Assembly: GCA_034520625.1 (NCBI GenBank)
Contig: JAXHNI010000009.1
Location: forward strand, 609,494-673,493
DNA from: Gammaproteobacteria bacterium
Lineage (GTDB): Bacteria; Pseudomonadota; Gammaproteobacteria; Arenicellales; JAANXG01
Length of the DNA stretch: 64,000 nucleotides
Direction of reading: 5' to 3'
Every line of letters begins with the position of its first letter. Positions within the stretch are counted from its first letter, which is position 1. Made by a program: the position numbers and the translations under genes. Of the stretch, positions 30,458 to 42,375 are shown one piece after another. The notes beneath the pieces were generated by a model. The model saw nothing but the letters and a program-made list of their open reading frames with translations, was not told the origin of the DNA and did no database searches.

Positions 30458-30550
30458 TTCGTGCACGGCATTCCGGGTAAACTCCGGCCTGGTCAGAGGT
30501 TTCGAAGAGATTATTTCAACATAACGTATTCCTGACGTTGGGAGATATTC

Positions 30551-30850
30551 ATGGGTATGGGTGGTATCAGTATCTGGCAGTTGTTGATCATTCTGGTCAT
30601 CGTGTTGTTGTTGTTCGGCACCAAGAAGCTGCGCAACATCGGCGGTGACCTGGGCGGCGCCATCAAGAGCTTCAAGAAGTCCGTGAAAGACGGTGATGAA
30701 GAGGCGAAAGACGGAGAAAAGGACGGCGAAGAGGAAATGGAGGGATCGGAAGCCCGGATCGAGGACCAAGAGGAAACTCTGAAAGAGAAAGAGAAGGACG
30801 ACGACACCACGCGCTCCGGGAACGGCTCCGCGAAGCAGAATCAGTCATAA
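30551..30850 (+). CDS. tatA: Twin-arginine translocase subunit TatA
   Basis: [31 protein letters not shown] is the canonical TatA/E N-terminus. The C-terminal tail is long and acidic. RBS GGGAGA. Confidence 0.9.
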   Translation: MGMGGISIWQLLIILVIVLLLFGTKKLRNIGGDLGGAIKSFKKSVKDGDEEAKDGEKDGEEEMEGSEARIEDQEETLKEKEKDDDTTRSGNGSAKQNQS

Positions 30851-30879
30851 AGGCAGCAGCCGAGCTGTAACGCGCCTTT

Positions 30880-31272
30880 ATGTTTGATATAGGTTTCTTC
30901 GAGCTGTGCATCATCGGCGTTGTGGCGCTGCTCGTGCTCGGCCCCGAACGCCTCCCCCGTGCGGCGCGAACCGCCGGCATGTGGGTCGGGCGGGCCAAGC
31001 GCATGGTCTCGCAGGTGAAGCGGGACATCGATGATGAGCTGAGGCAGGAAGAGCTCCAGGAGCTTCGCGAGGCCAAGGACAGCCTCTCCAAAACCCGCGA
31101 AAGCATGGATTCCTTCCAGAAAGACCTGAACCAGCAGGTGGATACGGGCGACGCGGACGCGAAGAAAAAGCCGTCCACCGCGAAGACAACCGCCGCCGGG
31201 GAGCCGGCTTCCAAGGCTTCGGCGTCCGACGCGCCGAAGGCGACCGGGCCCAATGATACCAAGCCCGAATAA
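30880..31272 (+). CDS. tatB: Twin-arginine translocase subunit TatB
   Basis: MFDIGFFELCIIGVVALLVLGPERLP is the canonical TatB N-terminus. Confidence 0.9.
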   Translation: MFDIGFFELCIIGVVALLVLGPERLPRAARTAGMWVGRAKRMVSQVKRDIDDELRQEELQELREAKDSLSKTRESMDSFQKDLNQQVDTGDADAKKKPSTAKTTAAGEPASKASASDAPKATGPNDTKPE

Positions 31273-31302
31273 GAACCCGCGACGCCGCAACCCGGTTTGA
31301 CT

Positions 31303-32094
31303 ATGGCCGATCTCACCAACAAGGAATCCTTCATCTCCCACCTGGTGGAGCTGCGCGACCGCATTCTGCGCAGCCTGCTGGCCGTGGTGGTGTTGATACT
31401 GGTGATGGTGCCGTTCTCCAACGACATCTACGTGTTCTTTGCCCGGCCCCTGATGGCGGCGCTGCCGGAAGGCACTTCCATGATCTCCACGGAGCCCCAC
31501 GGGCCGTTCTTCGTCCCCCTGAAGCTGGTGATCGCCCTGTCGGTGATAGGCGCCATGCCGTACCTGCTCCACCAGTTGTGGTCCTTCGTCGCGCCGGGCC
31601 TCTACGACAACGAGAAGGCGCTGGCCATCCCGCTGCTGGTGTCCAGTACGCTGCTGTTCTACCTGGGCATCCTGTTCGCCTATTTCGTCGTGTTTCCCCT
31701 GGTGTTCGCGTTTTTCGCCAACGCTGCGCCGGAAGGCGTGGCCGTCATGACGGACATCAACGCCTACTTCAGCTTCTGCATGAAGCTGTTCTTCGCCTTC
31801 GGCATTTCCTTCGAAGTGCCCGTGGCCACCGTAATCATGGTCAAGATGGGCATTACCACGCCGGAAAGTCTTGCGGGGAAGCGGCCCTATATCATCGTCG
31901 GCGCCTTCGTCGCGGGCATGCTCATGACCCCGCCGGATATCTTTTCCCAGACGCTGCTCGCGCTGCCGGTGTGGCTGCTGTTCGAAGTCGGTGTTCGGCT
32001 GTCGAAGCGCTTCAGGCCGCGGGACGCTGAGGCGGATGAGGATATCGACGAAGAGGAAACCGGCGAGTCCGGTTCCACCGGCGCGGACCGGTAG
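31303..32094 (+). CDS. tatC: Twin-arginine translocase subunit TatC
   Basis: Six-TM TatC (SFISHLVELRDRILRS...). ATG 31303 is preferred over the track TTG at 31297. Confidence 0.9.
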   Translation: MADLTNKESFISHLVELRDRILRSLLAVVVLILVMVPFSNDIYVFFARPLMAALPEGTSMISTEPHGPFFVPLKLVIALSVIGAMPYLLHQLWSFVAPGLYDNEKALAIPLLVSSTLLFYLGILFAYFVVFPLVFAFFANAAPEGVAVMTDINAYFSFCMKLFFAFGISFEVPVATVIMVKMGITTPESLAGKRPYIIVGAFVAGMLMTPPDIFSQTLLALPVWLLFEVGVRLSKRFRPRDAEADEDIDEEETGESGSTGADR

Positions 32095-32129
32095 CGCCCC
32101 CGGTGCCGCCGCGATCCCGGACGTAGGAC

Positions 32130-34109
32130 GTGCTCAACAGGCAGCAGCGACAGGCCGTGGGGCACGACGGCGCCGCCCTGCTGGTGCTCGCGGGTGCGGG
32201 CAGCGGCAAGACCCGGGTCATCGCCCACAAGATCCTGCACCTGATCCGGGACAAGTCGGTCGACCCGTCGGCCGTCCTCGCGGTCACCTTCACGAACAAG
32301 GCGGCCCGGGAAATGCGCGAGCGCCTGAACCGCGAGCTCGACGCGGAAACCGCGGCGGTCCTGAAGATTTCTACCTTTCACCGTTTCGGCATGCGTTTTC
32401 TGCATCAACACGCCGCGGAAGCCGGTCTCCGGCCGCCGTTCTCTATCCTGGACGGCGCCGATTCGGGGCTGGTGGTGAACGAGCTGATGCGGGACCAGCT
32501 GTCCACCCAGCGCGGCGTCGGTGAACGCGTCCGCCAGCGCATCTCCTGGTGGAAGAACGACTGGATCACGCCCGAGCAGGCGGCGGGCATGGCCCACGAG
32601 GATCCGGTCGACCGGGCCGCGGCGCGGGTGTATGGGGCCTACAACCGTCAGCTGCGGGCCTACAACGCCGTCGACCTCGACGACCTGGTGTACCTCCCGG
32701 CGCAGCTGCTCGCCGCGGACCCGGCGCTGCTCGACCGGTGGCGGCGGACGGTGCGGCATATCCTGGTGGACGAGTACCAGGACACCAACAACACCCAGTA
32801 CGAGTTGATCCGTCTGCTGGCGGGCGACGGTGCCGGGCTGACCGTGGTCGGCGACGACGACCAGTCCATCTACGCCTGGCGCGGGGCGCGGCCGGAAAAC
32901 CTGTCCCGCCTGCGGGACGACTTCCCCCGCCTGGAGGTGGTCAAGCTCGAGCAGAACTACCGGTCCGTGGGCCGTATCCTGGCGGCCGCCAACAGCCTGA
33001 TCGCCCACAACGACCGGGCATTCGAGAAGCGGCTCTGGAGCGAGCTGGGTCCCGGCCCGATGATCCGGGTGCTGACCGCGGGCAACGAGGAGCGCGAGGC
33101 CGAACGGATCGCCGGGACGCTGATGCACCACCGCTTCCAGAACCGCACGGCGTTCGGCGACTACGCGGTGTTGTACCGGGGTAATCATCAGTCGCGCATG
33201 CTGGAGCAGAAAATGCGGGAGATGCGCATTCCCTACGAGGTCAGCGGCGAGCTGTCGTTCTTCGATCGGCGCGAGATCAAGGATGTCCTGGCGTATCTGC
33301 GACTGGTGGTGAACAATGACGACGACAACGCTTTCCTGCGCACCGTCAACGCGCCGCGCCGCGGCATCGGCCCGGTCGCCCTAGAGCGTCTCGGCGCCGC
33401 CGCCGGTGAAAGCGGGTTGAGCCTGTTGGGCGCGGTGGACACCAATGCGGCCGCCCGCTCGCTGACCGCGCGCCAGCTCGCGCCCCTGGCGCAATTCGCG
33501 GACTGGGTCCGGGAGCTGGGCCTGCGGGGGGCCGCGGAACCGCCTCTGGATCTGGTGAAGGCGCTTTTGGCCGACATCGACTATGACGCCTGGCTGTACG
33601 AAACCGCCGGCGGGGCGGAGCAGGCGGAGCGCCGGCGCGACAACGTCAATGAGCTCCTCGAGTGGATCGGCCGCCTGCAGCGCAACGAACCGGCGTCGGG
33701 CCTGGCGGAGCTGCTGGCCCATGTCGCCCTGGTGGGCCAGCTGGACCGGGAGTCGGACGAGGAGCGCGACGCCGTGACCCTGATGACCCTCCACGCGGCC
33801 AAGGGGCTGGAGTATCCGTGCGTGTTCATCTGCGGCGTCGAGGAGGAGCTGCTGCCGCACCAGAACAGCATGGAGGACGCCATCGAGGAGGAGCGCCGTC
33901 TGCTGTACGTGGGGATCACCCGGGCCCGGGGGGAGCTGATGCTGAGCTGGGCGCGCACCCGGCGCCGCCACGGCGAGGTGCTGGACCGGGCCCCGAGCCG
34001 GTTTTTCGAGGAGCTGCCCGCGGAGCTGCTGAGCTGGGACGAGGAGGAGGCCCGTACCGATTCCGTGGGCCGGGCCCACCTGGACAACATCCGCGCGCTC
34101 CTGGGCTGA
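32130..34109 (+). CDS. rep: ATP-dependent DNA helicase Rep (UvrD/Rep superfamily 1)
   Basis: 659 aa with motif I AGAGSGKT, motif II DEYQDTN, and VTLMTLHAAKGLEY. The length fits Rep rather than UvrD. GTG start. Confidence 0.85.
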   Translation: MLNRQQRQAVGHDGAALLVLAGAGSGKTRVIAHKILHLIRDKSVDPSAVLAVTFTNKAAREMRERLNRELDAETAAVLKISTFHRFGMRFLHQHAAEAGLRPPFSILDGADSGLVVNELMRDQLSTQRGVGERVRQRISWWKNDWITPEQAAGMAHEDPVDRAAARVYGAYNRQLRAYNAVDLDDLVYLPAQLLAADPALLDRWRRTVRHILVDEYQDTNNTQYELIRLLAGDGAGLTVVGDDDQSIYAWRGARPENLSRLRDDFPRLEVVKLEQNYRSVGRILAAANSLIAHNDRAFEKRLWSELGPGPMIRVLTAGNEEREAERIAGTLMHHRFQNRTAFGDYAVLYRGNHQSRMLEQKMREMRIPYEVSGELSFFDRREIKDVLAYLRLVVNNDDDNAFLRTVNAPRRGIGPVALERLGAAAGESGLSLLGAVDTNAAARSLTARQLAPLAQFADWVRELGLRGAAEPPLDLVKALLADIDYDAWLYETAGGAEQAERRRDNVNELLEWIGRLQRNEPASGLAELLAHVALVGQLDRESDEERDAVTLMTLHAAKGLEYPCVFICGVEEELLPHQNSMEDAIEEERRLLYVGITRARGELMLSWARTRRRHGEVLDRAPSRFFEELPAELLSWDEEEARTDSVGRAHLDNIRALLG

Positions 34110-34147
34110 GGGCCGATCAAGCCCGTCAGCCACAACCCCATCCCGTT

Positions 34148-34156
34148 TGCTATAAT
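34148..34156 (+). promoter_or_regulatory. Candidate extended -10 promoter (TGCTATAAT) for petABC
   Basis: A perfect TATAAT preceded by TGC, in the context TTTGCTATAATCGCG, about 115 nt upstream of the petA ATG. Confidence 0.55.
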
Positions 34157-34272
34157 CGCGCGCTGTTGCCGGGACACCGCAGAGCGAGCGAGAACCCGAA
34201 CCGGTCCGACAGTCCCCGGTCCACGTCCCCTGTTGGCGGAACAGAATTCGAAATCACTCGTCAGGAGTACTC

Positions 34273-34875
34273 ATGACCGAAGATCATGTAGATAAACAAC
34301 GGCGCCGGTTCCTCACCGTGGTGACGGCCGGCGTGGGTGCCGTCGGCGGCATTGCGGCGGCGGTGCCGTTCGTCAACAGCATGAGCCCCAGCGCGCGGGC
34401 CAAGGCGGCGGGCGCGCCGGTGCGGATCGACATCAGCAAGCTGAAAGTCGGCCAGATGCTCCGGGAGGAATGGCGCGGCAACCCGGTGTGGGTCGTCCGG
34501 CGCTCCGAGGAGATGATCGAATCGCTGAATGCCGTGGAGGACGAGCTGCTGGATCCCCAGTCCAGCGTGGCCACGCAGCAGCCGACCTACGTGGACGGGG
34601 AATTCCGGTCTGTGACCCCGGAGGTTCTGGTGGTGGTCGGTATCTGTACCCACCTGGGCTGTGCGCCGGTGCAGAATTTCGCGATCGGGGCGGATTCGGG
34701 ACTCGGCGAGGACTGGCAGGGCGGATTTTATTGCCCCTGCCACGGCTCGAAGTTCGACCTCGCCGGACGGGTTTACAAGGGGGTGCCGGCGCCGACCAAT
34801 CTGGTGGTGCCTCCGCACAGGTTTGAAGGTGAATCCACGATCGTCGTGGGCGAAGATCCCGAAGGAGTCGCGTAA
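34273..34875 (+). CDS. petA: Ubiquinol-cytochrome c reductase Rieske iron-sulfur subunit
   Basis: Tat-type signal (RRRFL) and Rieske boxes CTHLGC and CPCHGS. Confidence 0.95.
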   Translation: MTEDHVDKQRRRFLTVVTAGVGAVGGIAAAVPFVNSMSPSARAKAAGAPVRIDISKLKVGQMLREEWRGNPVWVVRRSEEMIESLNAVEDELLDPQSSVATQQPTYVDGEFRSVTPEVLVVVGICTHLGCAPVQNFAIGADSGLGEDWQGGFYCPCHGSKFDLAGRVYKGVPAPTNLVVPPHRFEGESTIVVGEDPEGVA

Positions 34876-36257
34876 TGTCCAGAATCCTCACCAAGGCACT
34901 GGAGTGGGTGGACGATCGTTTTCCGCTGACCAAGACGTGGAACGAGCATCTGGCGGAATACTACGCCCCGAAGAATTTCAACTTCTGGTATTACTTCGGC
35001 TCCCTGGCCATGATGATTCTGGTGATCCAGATCGTCACCGGCATCTTTTTGACCATGCACTACAAGCCCGATGCCGAGAAGGCATTCGCCTCCGTCGAGT
35101 ACATCATGCGAGATGTGCCCTGGGGCTGGTTGATGCGCTATCTTCACGCCGTGGGTGCTTCGATGTTCTTCGTGGTGATCTATCTCCACATGTTCCGCGG
35201 CCTGCTGTACGGTTCCCACCAGCGTCCGCGCGAGTTGATCTGGCTGCTGGGCTGCGTAATCTTCGTGGCGCTGATGGCCGAGGCATTCATGGGCTACCTG
35301 CTGCCCTGGGGCCAGATGTCCTACTGGGGTGCACAGGTCATCATTTCCCTGTTCGCCGCCGTACCGTACGTGGGTGAGCCCCTGGCGGAATGGATCCGGG
35401 GGGATTTCGTGGTCTCGGATGCGACCCTGAACCGGTTTTTCGCGTTTCACGTGGTGGCCTTGCCGCTGATCCTGGTGGGCCTGGTGTTCATGCATATCGT
35501 GGCCCTGCACAAGGTCGGCTCCAACAACCCCGACGGCATCGACATCAAGAAGGACAAGGACGCCAACGGCGTACCCAAAGACGGGATTCCCTTTCACCCC
35601 TACTACTCGGTGAAGGATCTCGTTGGCGTCGTGGTGTTCCTGATCATCTACCTGGCGGTGGTGTTTTTCATGCCGGAGTTCTTCGGCCTGTTTCTGGAGA
35701 AGGACAATTTCCTGCCGGCGGACAGTTTGCAGACGCCGTCGGATATCGTGCCGCTGTGGTACTTCACGCCGTTCTACTCCATCCTTCGCGCCACTACCGA
35801 AGACCTGATGTGGTTCGTTCGCGGGCTGGTTGTGCTTACCGTGATCGTCGCGTTCATCCGCACCAGCAACCTGGCCGGCCGCGGCGCCGCAGCGGTAGTG
35901 GGCGCGGCATTCATCATTGCCACTTTCATCTACGCGCCGAAGTTCTGGGGCGTGGTGCTGATGGGGCTGTCCATTGTCGCCCTGTTCCTGCTTCCCTGGC
36001 TGGACAGGTCGCCGGTTCGCTCGATCCGCTACCGCGGCTGGATGTATAAAGCCGCACTGACGGTGTTCGTGATCAGCTTTGTCATCCTCGGTTACATGGG
36101 GATGCACAATACGTCCGGCTACGATCTGTTTCTGTTCCAGAACGTCGTGTGGGCGCAGATCTGCACCATGACGTACGCGCTGTTTTTTATCCTGATGCCG
36201 CTGTACACCGTTTGGGACAAAACCAAACCCGAACCGGAAAGGGTGAATTTCAAATGA
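34875..36257 (+). CDS. petB: Cytochrome b (bc1 complex)
   Basis: 460 aa with heme-ligand histidine helices and a PEWY-equivalent region (DIVPLWYF). Translationally coupled to petA and petC. Confidence 0.95.
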   Translation: MSRILTKALEWVDDRFPLTKTWNEHLAEYYAPKNFNFWYYFGSLAMMILVIQIVTGIFLTMHYKPDAEKAFASVEYIMRDVPWGWLMRYLHAVGASMFFVVIYLHMFRGLLYGSHQRPRELIWLLGCVIFVALMAEAFMGYLLPWGQMSYWGAQVIISLFAAVPYVGEPLAEWIRGDFVVSDATLNRFFAFHVVALPLILVGLVFMHIVALHKVGSNNPDGIDIKKDKDANGVPKDGIPFHPYYSVKDLVGVVVFLIIYLAVVFFMPEFFGLFLEKDNFLPADSLQTPSDIVPLWYFTPFYSILRATTEDLMWFVRGLVVLTVIVAFIRTSNLAGRGAAAVVGAAFIIATFIYAPKFWGVVLMGLSIVALFLLPWLDRSPVRSIRYRGWMYKAALTVFVISFVILGYMGMHNTSGYDLFLFQNVVWAQICTMTYALFFILMPLYTVWDKTKPEPERVNFK

Positions 36258-36970
36258 AGAAGTTAATACTCAGCCTCATCCTGGCCGCGGTCACCCCCGC
36301 TACTCTGGCCGCGGAAGCCACGGAACCCCTCGATCCGGTGTACATCAACCTGGACGATAAGGAGTCGCTGCAGCGCGGTGCCCAGTTGTTCGTGAACTAC
36401 TGCCTGTCCTGCCACAGCGCGGCGTACATGCGCTACAGCCGGATGGCCGACGATCTCAGGATTAGCGAGCAGAGCCTGCGGGACAACATGCTTTTCGGCG
36501 ATGCCAGGCCGGGGGACCTGATGGAAGTCACCATGGACGATGAGGACGCCAGGCAGTGGTTCGGCACCGCGCCGCCGGACCTGTCCCTGATTACCCGGTC
36601 GCGCCAGCCCGAATGGTTCTATTCCTACATGCGCCGGTTCTACATCGATCCCGAATCCCCGCACGGGTGGAACAACAGCCTGTTTGAAAACGTGGCGATG
36701 CCCCACGTTCTGCAGGAACTTCAGGGCGTGCAGCGCCTGACCGGGCATGATGACCAGGGAAATCCGCAGTTCGAAACACTCAAGCCCGGGACAATGTCAC
36801 CGGAGGAGTACGACGAGGCAATGAAGGATCTGACCAACTTCATGGTTTACGTGGGTGAGCCGGCCAAGCTTGAGCGCTACGGCATCGGCGCCATGGTGAT
36901 GTTGTTTCTCGGGGTCCTGCTCGTGCTGGTTTATTTTCTCAAGAAGGAATACTGGCGGGACATACATTGA
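36254..36970 (+). CDS. petC: Cytochrome c1
   Basis: Start placed at ATG 36254 (MKKLILSLILAAV...), overlapping the petB TGA. Heme motif CLSCH and a C-terminal TM anchor. Confidence 0.9.
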   Translation: MKKLILSLILAAVTPATLAAEATEPLDPVYINLDDKESLQRGAQLFVNYCLSCHSAAYMRYSRMADDLRISEQSLRDNMLFGDARPGDLMEVTMDDEDARQWFGTAPPDLSLITRSRQPEWFYSYMRRFYIDPESPHGWNNSLFENVAMPHVLQELQGVQRLTGHDDQGNPQFETLKPGTMSPEEYDEAMKDLTNFMVYVGEPAKLERYGIGAMVMLFLGVLLVLVYFLKKEYWRDIH

Positions 36971-36983
36971 CCCGCCCAGAATA

Positions 36984-37613
36984 ATGGCAACCACTCCGGG
37001 TCGCCGGTCCGTCATGGCGCTGTTTTCGGCGCCGGACTGCATATACAGCCACAGCTGCCGCCTGGTGCTGGTGGAAAAAGCCGTAGAGTGCGACATCATG
37101 GACGTCGCCGAGCAGGACGTGTCCTGCGATCTGGCGAGGATCAATCCGTACAACGAGACGCCTGCCCTGGTCGACAGGGATCTGGTGATCTACGGCGCTC
37201 AGATCATCAACGAGTACCTGGAAGAACGCCTTCCGCACCCGCCGCTGATGCCGGTTGACCCGGTGAACCGCGCACGGGCACGGTTGATGATGATGCGTTT
37301 CGATCGTGAATGGGTCAGCGTCTATGCCGGGATCGCCGAAAGCCGGAAGCCTCTGCCGGCGGAGCAGAGCAGGGAGGTGCGCGACGGGTTGATTTCCATG
37401 TCACCGACCCTTACTGAGCAGCCCTACATGCTGGGCGAGGAGTTCAGCCTGGTGGACTGCGTGATCGCGCCGTTCCTGTGGCGGCTGCCGGCCATGGGCA
37501 TCGAACTGCCCCATCAGGCGAAATCAGTGATCGACTATGCCGACAGACTGTTTGCCAGACCCGCTTTCAATTCAAGTTTGACCGAATCCGAGAAGCGAAT
37601 GCGCTGGAGATGA
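36984..37613 (+). CDS. sspA: Stringent starvation protein A (GST-like)
   Basis: 209 aa GST fold. Conserved petABC-sspA-sspB order as in Pseudomonas and Xanthomonas. Confidence 0.9.
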   Translation: MATTPGRRSVMALFSAPDCIYSHSCRLVLVEKAVECDIMDVAEQDVSCDLARINPYNETPALVDRDLVIYGAQIINEYLEERLPHPPLMPVDPVNRARARLMMMRFDREWVSVYAGIAESRKPLPAEQSREVRDGLISMSPTLTEQPYMLGEEFSLVDCVIAPFLWRLPAMGIELPHQAKSVIDYADRLFARPAFNSSLTESEKRMRWR

Positions 37614-38005
37614 TTTCGACCAAGCCCTATCTGATCAGAGCCATCCGTGACTGGGCGCGGGACAACAACCTCACGCCACAGATCCTCGTCGACGCATCCG
37701 CAGACGGCGTGCGTGTTCCCCAGAGCTACGTGGCCGACGGCCAGATCGTGCTGAATATCGCCGACCAGGCGGTGGAGATGATGGAGATGGGAAACGACTT
37801 CCTGTCTTTCGCAGCCCGGTTCAACGGCTCCCCGCATGAGATCGATGTTCCCATCGAGTCCGTGCTGGCGATTTTCGCCCGGGAGAACGGCCAGGGCATA
37901 TTCTTCAAGGATCCGGACGGTTCGCCGGATCCCGGAGGGAACGAAGACAAGGCCGACAAGGAGCAGGACAAGCCTGCCAAGCCGAATCTGAAGCTGGTCA
38001 AGTAG
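37610..38005 (+). CDS. sspB: ClpXP adaptor / stringent starvation protein B
   Basis: 131 aa from ATG 37610 (ATGA overlap with sspA). KPYLIRAIRDWARDNNLTPQILV is the canonical SspB N-terminus, and the acidic tail ends in LKLVK. Confidence 0.9.
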   Translation: MISTKPYLIRAIRDWARDNNLTPQILVDASADGVRVPQSYVADGQIVLNIADQAVEMMEMGNDFLSFAARFNGSPHEIDVPIESVLAIFARENGQGIFFKDPDGSPDPGGNEDKADKEQDKPAKPNLKLVK

Positions 38006-38124
38006 AGACCCTGCCCCGTCCCCGGCACGGACTGCCGGCGCGGCGGCCCCGGGGTGCACGATCGCCCGGCACCGGGCGGCGTCCTGATTCGCCGCGGAGC
38101 CGGGACGGGATGATCGCTCTCGCT

Positions 38125-38153
38125 CTTGAATCCCCGGAGGGCTACCCCCATCA
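38125..38153 (+). promoter_or_regulatory. Sigma-32 (heat-shock) promoter for hslVU
   Basis: TCTCGCTCTTGAA (-35 CTTGAA at 38125-38130), 15 nt, then CCCCATCA (38146-38153). Close match to the consensus CTTGAA-N13-15-CCCCATNT. It lies 54 nt upstream of the hslV ATG. Confidence 0.7.
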
Positions 38154-38206
38154 CTGCCTTTTGCGCCCCGTTTCCAAACACAACCCCGATACCGGAATAC
38201 ACTGGC

Positions 38207-38755
38207 ATGTCCTATGACCCACACGGTACGACCATTCTTTCAGTACGCCGCGATGGGCAGGTAGTGCTCGGCGGAGACGGGCAGGTTTCCCTGAATGCCA
38301 CGGTCATGAAAAGCAATGCCCGCAAGGTCCGGCGCCTGTTCCGGGACCAGGTCCTGGCCGGCTTCGCGGGCGGGACCGCGGACGCATTCACCTTGTTCGA
38401 GCGCTTCGAGGGCAAGCTCGAAAAGCACCAGGGCAACCTGATGCGCTCGGCGGTGGAGCTGGCGAAGGACTGGCGTACGGATCGCATGCTGCGCCGGCTG
38501 GAGGCACTGCTGGCGGTAGCCGACAAGGAGACGTCCCTGATCATCTCCGGAAACGGCGACGTGATCGAGCCCGAGGCGGGCATCATGGCGATCGGCTCCG
38601 GCGGACCGTACGCCCAGGCGGCGGCCCGGGCGCTGCTGGACAGCACCGAGCTCGACGCCCGCGGAATCGTCGAGAAAAGCCTGAACATCGCCGCCGATAT
38701 CTGCATCTATACGAATCGAAACCTGACCATCGAGACCCTGGGAGGCCCCGACTGA
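38207..38755 (+). CDS. hslV: ATP-dependent protease subunit HslV
   Basis: 182 aa from ATG 38207 with [23 protein letters not shown] (catalytic Thr follows a short propeptide-like extension). The upstream part of the track ORF is non-coding. Confidence 0.9.
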   Translation: MSYDPHGTTILSVRRDGQVVLGGDGQVSLNATVMKSNARKVRRLFRDQVLAGFAGGTADAFTLFERFEGKLEKHQGNLMRSAVELAKDWRTDRMLRRLEALLAVADKETSLIISGNGDVIEPEAGIMAIGSGGPYAQAAARALLDSTELDARGIVEKSLNIAADICIYTNRNLTIETLGGPD

Positions 38756-38756
38756 T

Positions 38757-40094
38757 ATGTCGTCGTTGACGCCGAGAGAAATCGTAGAAGAGCTGGACAA
38801 GCACATCATCGGTCAGGATGCCGCCAAGCGCGCCGTGGCGATCGCCCTGCGCAACCGCTGGCGACGGCAGCAGGTGCCGGACGAGAACCTGCGCAGCGAA
38901 ATCACCCCCAAGAATATTCTGATGATCGGGCCCACCGGGGTGGGTAAGACCGAAATCGCCCGCCGCCTGGCAAAGATGTCCAATTCCCCGTTCACCAAGG
39001 TCGAGGCGAGCAAGTTCACGGAGGTCGGCTACGTGGGCCGGGAAGTGGACTCCATCATCCGCGACCTTGTGGACATCGCGATCAAGATGGCTCGCGAGGA
39101 CGCCATGGACAAGGTCAGGCCCCGGGCGGAGGATGCCGCCGAAGAGCGCGTGCTGGACATCCTGCTGCCCCGGGCGAGGGATTATGAAGGCACCAGCGTG
39201 GACTCCACCGAGACCGCCGAGAGCGCCGGGCGCCAGCGGTTCCGGAAGCTGCTCCGGGAAGGCTCGCTGGATGAAAAGGAAATCGAGATAGAGGTGGCCC
39301 AGGGCGGCATGGGTGTGGAAATCTTCGGCCCGCCCGGCATGGAGGAAATGACCAATCAGCTTCAGAGCATGATGCAGAACATGGGCGGCCAGCGGAAGAA
39401 GCAGCGCAAGGTGACCGTGAAGACCGCGATGAAGCTGCTGACGGACGACGAAGCGGCCAAGATGATCAACGAGGAAGAGATCAAGGAGTCGGCTCTGGAG
39501 CGCGTCGAGCAGGACGGGATCGTGTTTCTGGACGAGATGGACAAGATCGTCGGTCGCTCGGAAAGCCACGGGCCGGACGTGTCCCGGGAAGGCGTGCAGC
39601 GGGACCTGCTGCCACTGGTGGAGGGATCGACGGTTTCCACCAAGTACGGCATGGTCCGGACCGACCACATCCTGTTCATCGCCTCGGGTGCTTTCCAATT
39701 GTCGAAGCCATCCGACCTGATTCCCGAGCTCCAGGGCCGCTTGCCGATACGCGTCGAGCTCAATGCCCTGACCACGAAGGACTTCGTGCGCATCCTCACC
39801 GAGACCGACGCCTCGCTGACGGAGCAGTACGCTGCCCTGATGAACGCGGAAAACCTCGGGCTCACCTTCACCGAGGACGGTGTCACGCGGATCGCCGAGA
39901 CCGCGTTCCGCGTCAACGAGCAGACCGAGAACATCGGTGCCCGCCGGCTGCACACCGTGATGGAGCATGTCCTGGAAACCATCTCCTTCGAGGCGACGGA
40001 TCGCAACGACGATGTGACAGTGGACGCCGCCTACGTCGACGAGCATCTCGGCGATATCCTGCAGGACGAGGACCTGACCCGGTACATCCTGTAG
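38757..40094 (+). CDS. hslU: ATP-dependent protease ATPase subunit HslU
   Basis: 445 aa; starts [37 protein letters not shown], with Walker [16 protein letters not shown]. Confidence 0.95.
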   Translation: MSSLTPREIVEELDKHIIGQDAAKRAVAIALRNRWRRQQVPDENLRSEITPKNILMIGPTGVGKTEIARRLAKMSNSPFTKVEASKFTEVGYVGREVDSIIRDLVDIAIKMAREDAMDKVRPRAEDAAEERVLDILLPRARDYEGTSVDSTETAESAGRQRFRKLLREGSLDEKEIEIEVAQGGMGVEIFGPPGMEEMTNQLQSMMQNMGGQRKKQRKVTVKTAMKLLTDDEAAKMINEEEIKESALERVEQDGIVFLDEMDKIVGRSESHGPDVSREGVQRDLLPLVEGSTVSTKYGMVRTDHILFIASGAFQLSKPSDLIPELQGRLPIRVELNALTTKDFVRILTETDASLTEQYAALMNAENLGLTFTEDGVTRIAETAFRVNEQTENIGARRLHTVMEHVLETISFEATDRNDDVTVDAAYVDEHLGDILQDEDLTRYIL

Positions 40095-40156
40095 GACGGT
40101 GCCCCGGCCGGGACGGGATGCGACGGGCCGGGTTCGAAGCCCGCTTCGGCGGGGGA

Positions 40157-40184
40157 CTTGAAAATGCGCCGGCAGCCTCCATCT
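40157..40184 (+). promoter_or_regulatory. Sigma-32 (heat-shock) promoter for the first hsp20 gene
   Basis: CTTGAAA (40157-40163), 13 nt, then CTCCATCT (40177-40184). It lies 62 nt upstream of the ATG at 40246. Confidence 0.65.
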
Positions 40185-40245
40185 TCTGATCAAGAGCGCA
40201 GTAATCCACTGCATGTAAAACGGTTTTATCGGGAGGTGAAATCCT

Positions 40246-40704
40246 ATGAATGAATTGGCTCGTCAACCGCAAGGCCGCTCCCTGTGGGGCACTTTCGATG
40301 AGTTCGACAATCTGTTCGACGACTTCTGGCGCCCCCTGCGCGCCGGCCGCGCCGCGCCCGTCGCCAGCGGCGCTTTCGCGCCCGCATTGGACGTGACGGA
40401 AACCGACAATGAGTACCGCGTCCGTGCGGATCTGCCGGGGGTCAAGAAGGACGACCTCGATATCAGCATCCAGGACGGCGTGCTGACCATCAATGCAGAA
40501 ACCCGGTACGAGGACGAGGAAAAGGACCAGGGCCGGGTTATCCGGCAGGAGCGCCGGTACGGCAAGTTCGTCCGGTCCATGCGGCTGGGGGATACCGTCG
40601 ACGTCGACAACGTCAAGGCCGACTATTCCGACGGCGTGCTGAACCTGGTCCTGCCGAAGGCGGAGCAGGTGCGGCCCCGGCGGATCGACGTTCAGGTCAA
40701 CTAG
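40246..40704 (+). CDS. Hsp20/alpha-crystallin small heat-shock protein (copy 1)
   Basis: 152 aa alpha-crystallin domain (FAPALDVTETDNEYRVRADLPGVKKDDLDISIQDGVLTINAE). RBS GGGAGG. Confidence 0.9.
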   Translation: MNELARQPQGRSLWGTFDEFDNLFDDFWRPLRAGRAAPVASGAFAPALDVTETDNEYRVRADLPGVKKDDLDISIQDGVLTINAETRYEDEEKDQGRVIRQERRYGKFVRSMRLGDTVDVDNVKADYSDGVLNLVLPKAEQVRPRRIDVQVN

Positions 40705-40735
40705 GCCGGAATCCGAAACCCAGGGTTCGAACAAA

Positions 40736-40760
40736 GGCCGCCTCCGGGCGGCCTTTTTCT
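40736..40760 (+). terminator. Rho-independent terminator after hsp20 copy 1
   Basis: GGCCGCC-TCCG-GGCGGCC stem-loop followed by TTTTTCTTT. Confidence 0.75.
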
Positions 40761-40886
40761 TTGGCGTTTCCGGCTGCGGATCTGATGACTCAGATCAAGG
40801 CGGCTCACGGCATCCGGTAATACAGTTATGATTGCGGGCGGTACGGCCAGGTGCCGCGCCGCCGACCAACCATCAGGAGCTCAGCG

Positions 40887-42322
<1,436 letters not shown>

Positions 42323-42375
42323 ACCCCGTCCGCGGCCCCGAACGGACGGCAACGCCCGCCGGGCCGTCACCCGAT

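Noticed and set aside
40185-40245. ROSE-type RNA thermometer in the hsp20 5' UTRs (also 40833-40886)
   Set aside because: ROSE elements sequester the SD with a U(U/C)GCU anti-SD in a bulged hairpin. The only pairing I can draw around GGGAGG is a 3-bp stem, and no anti-SD motif is present.
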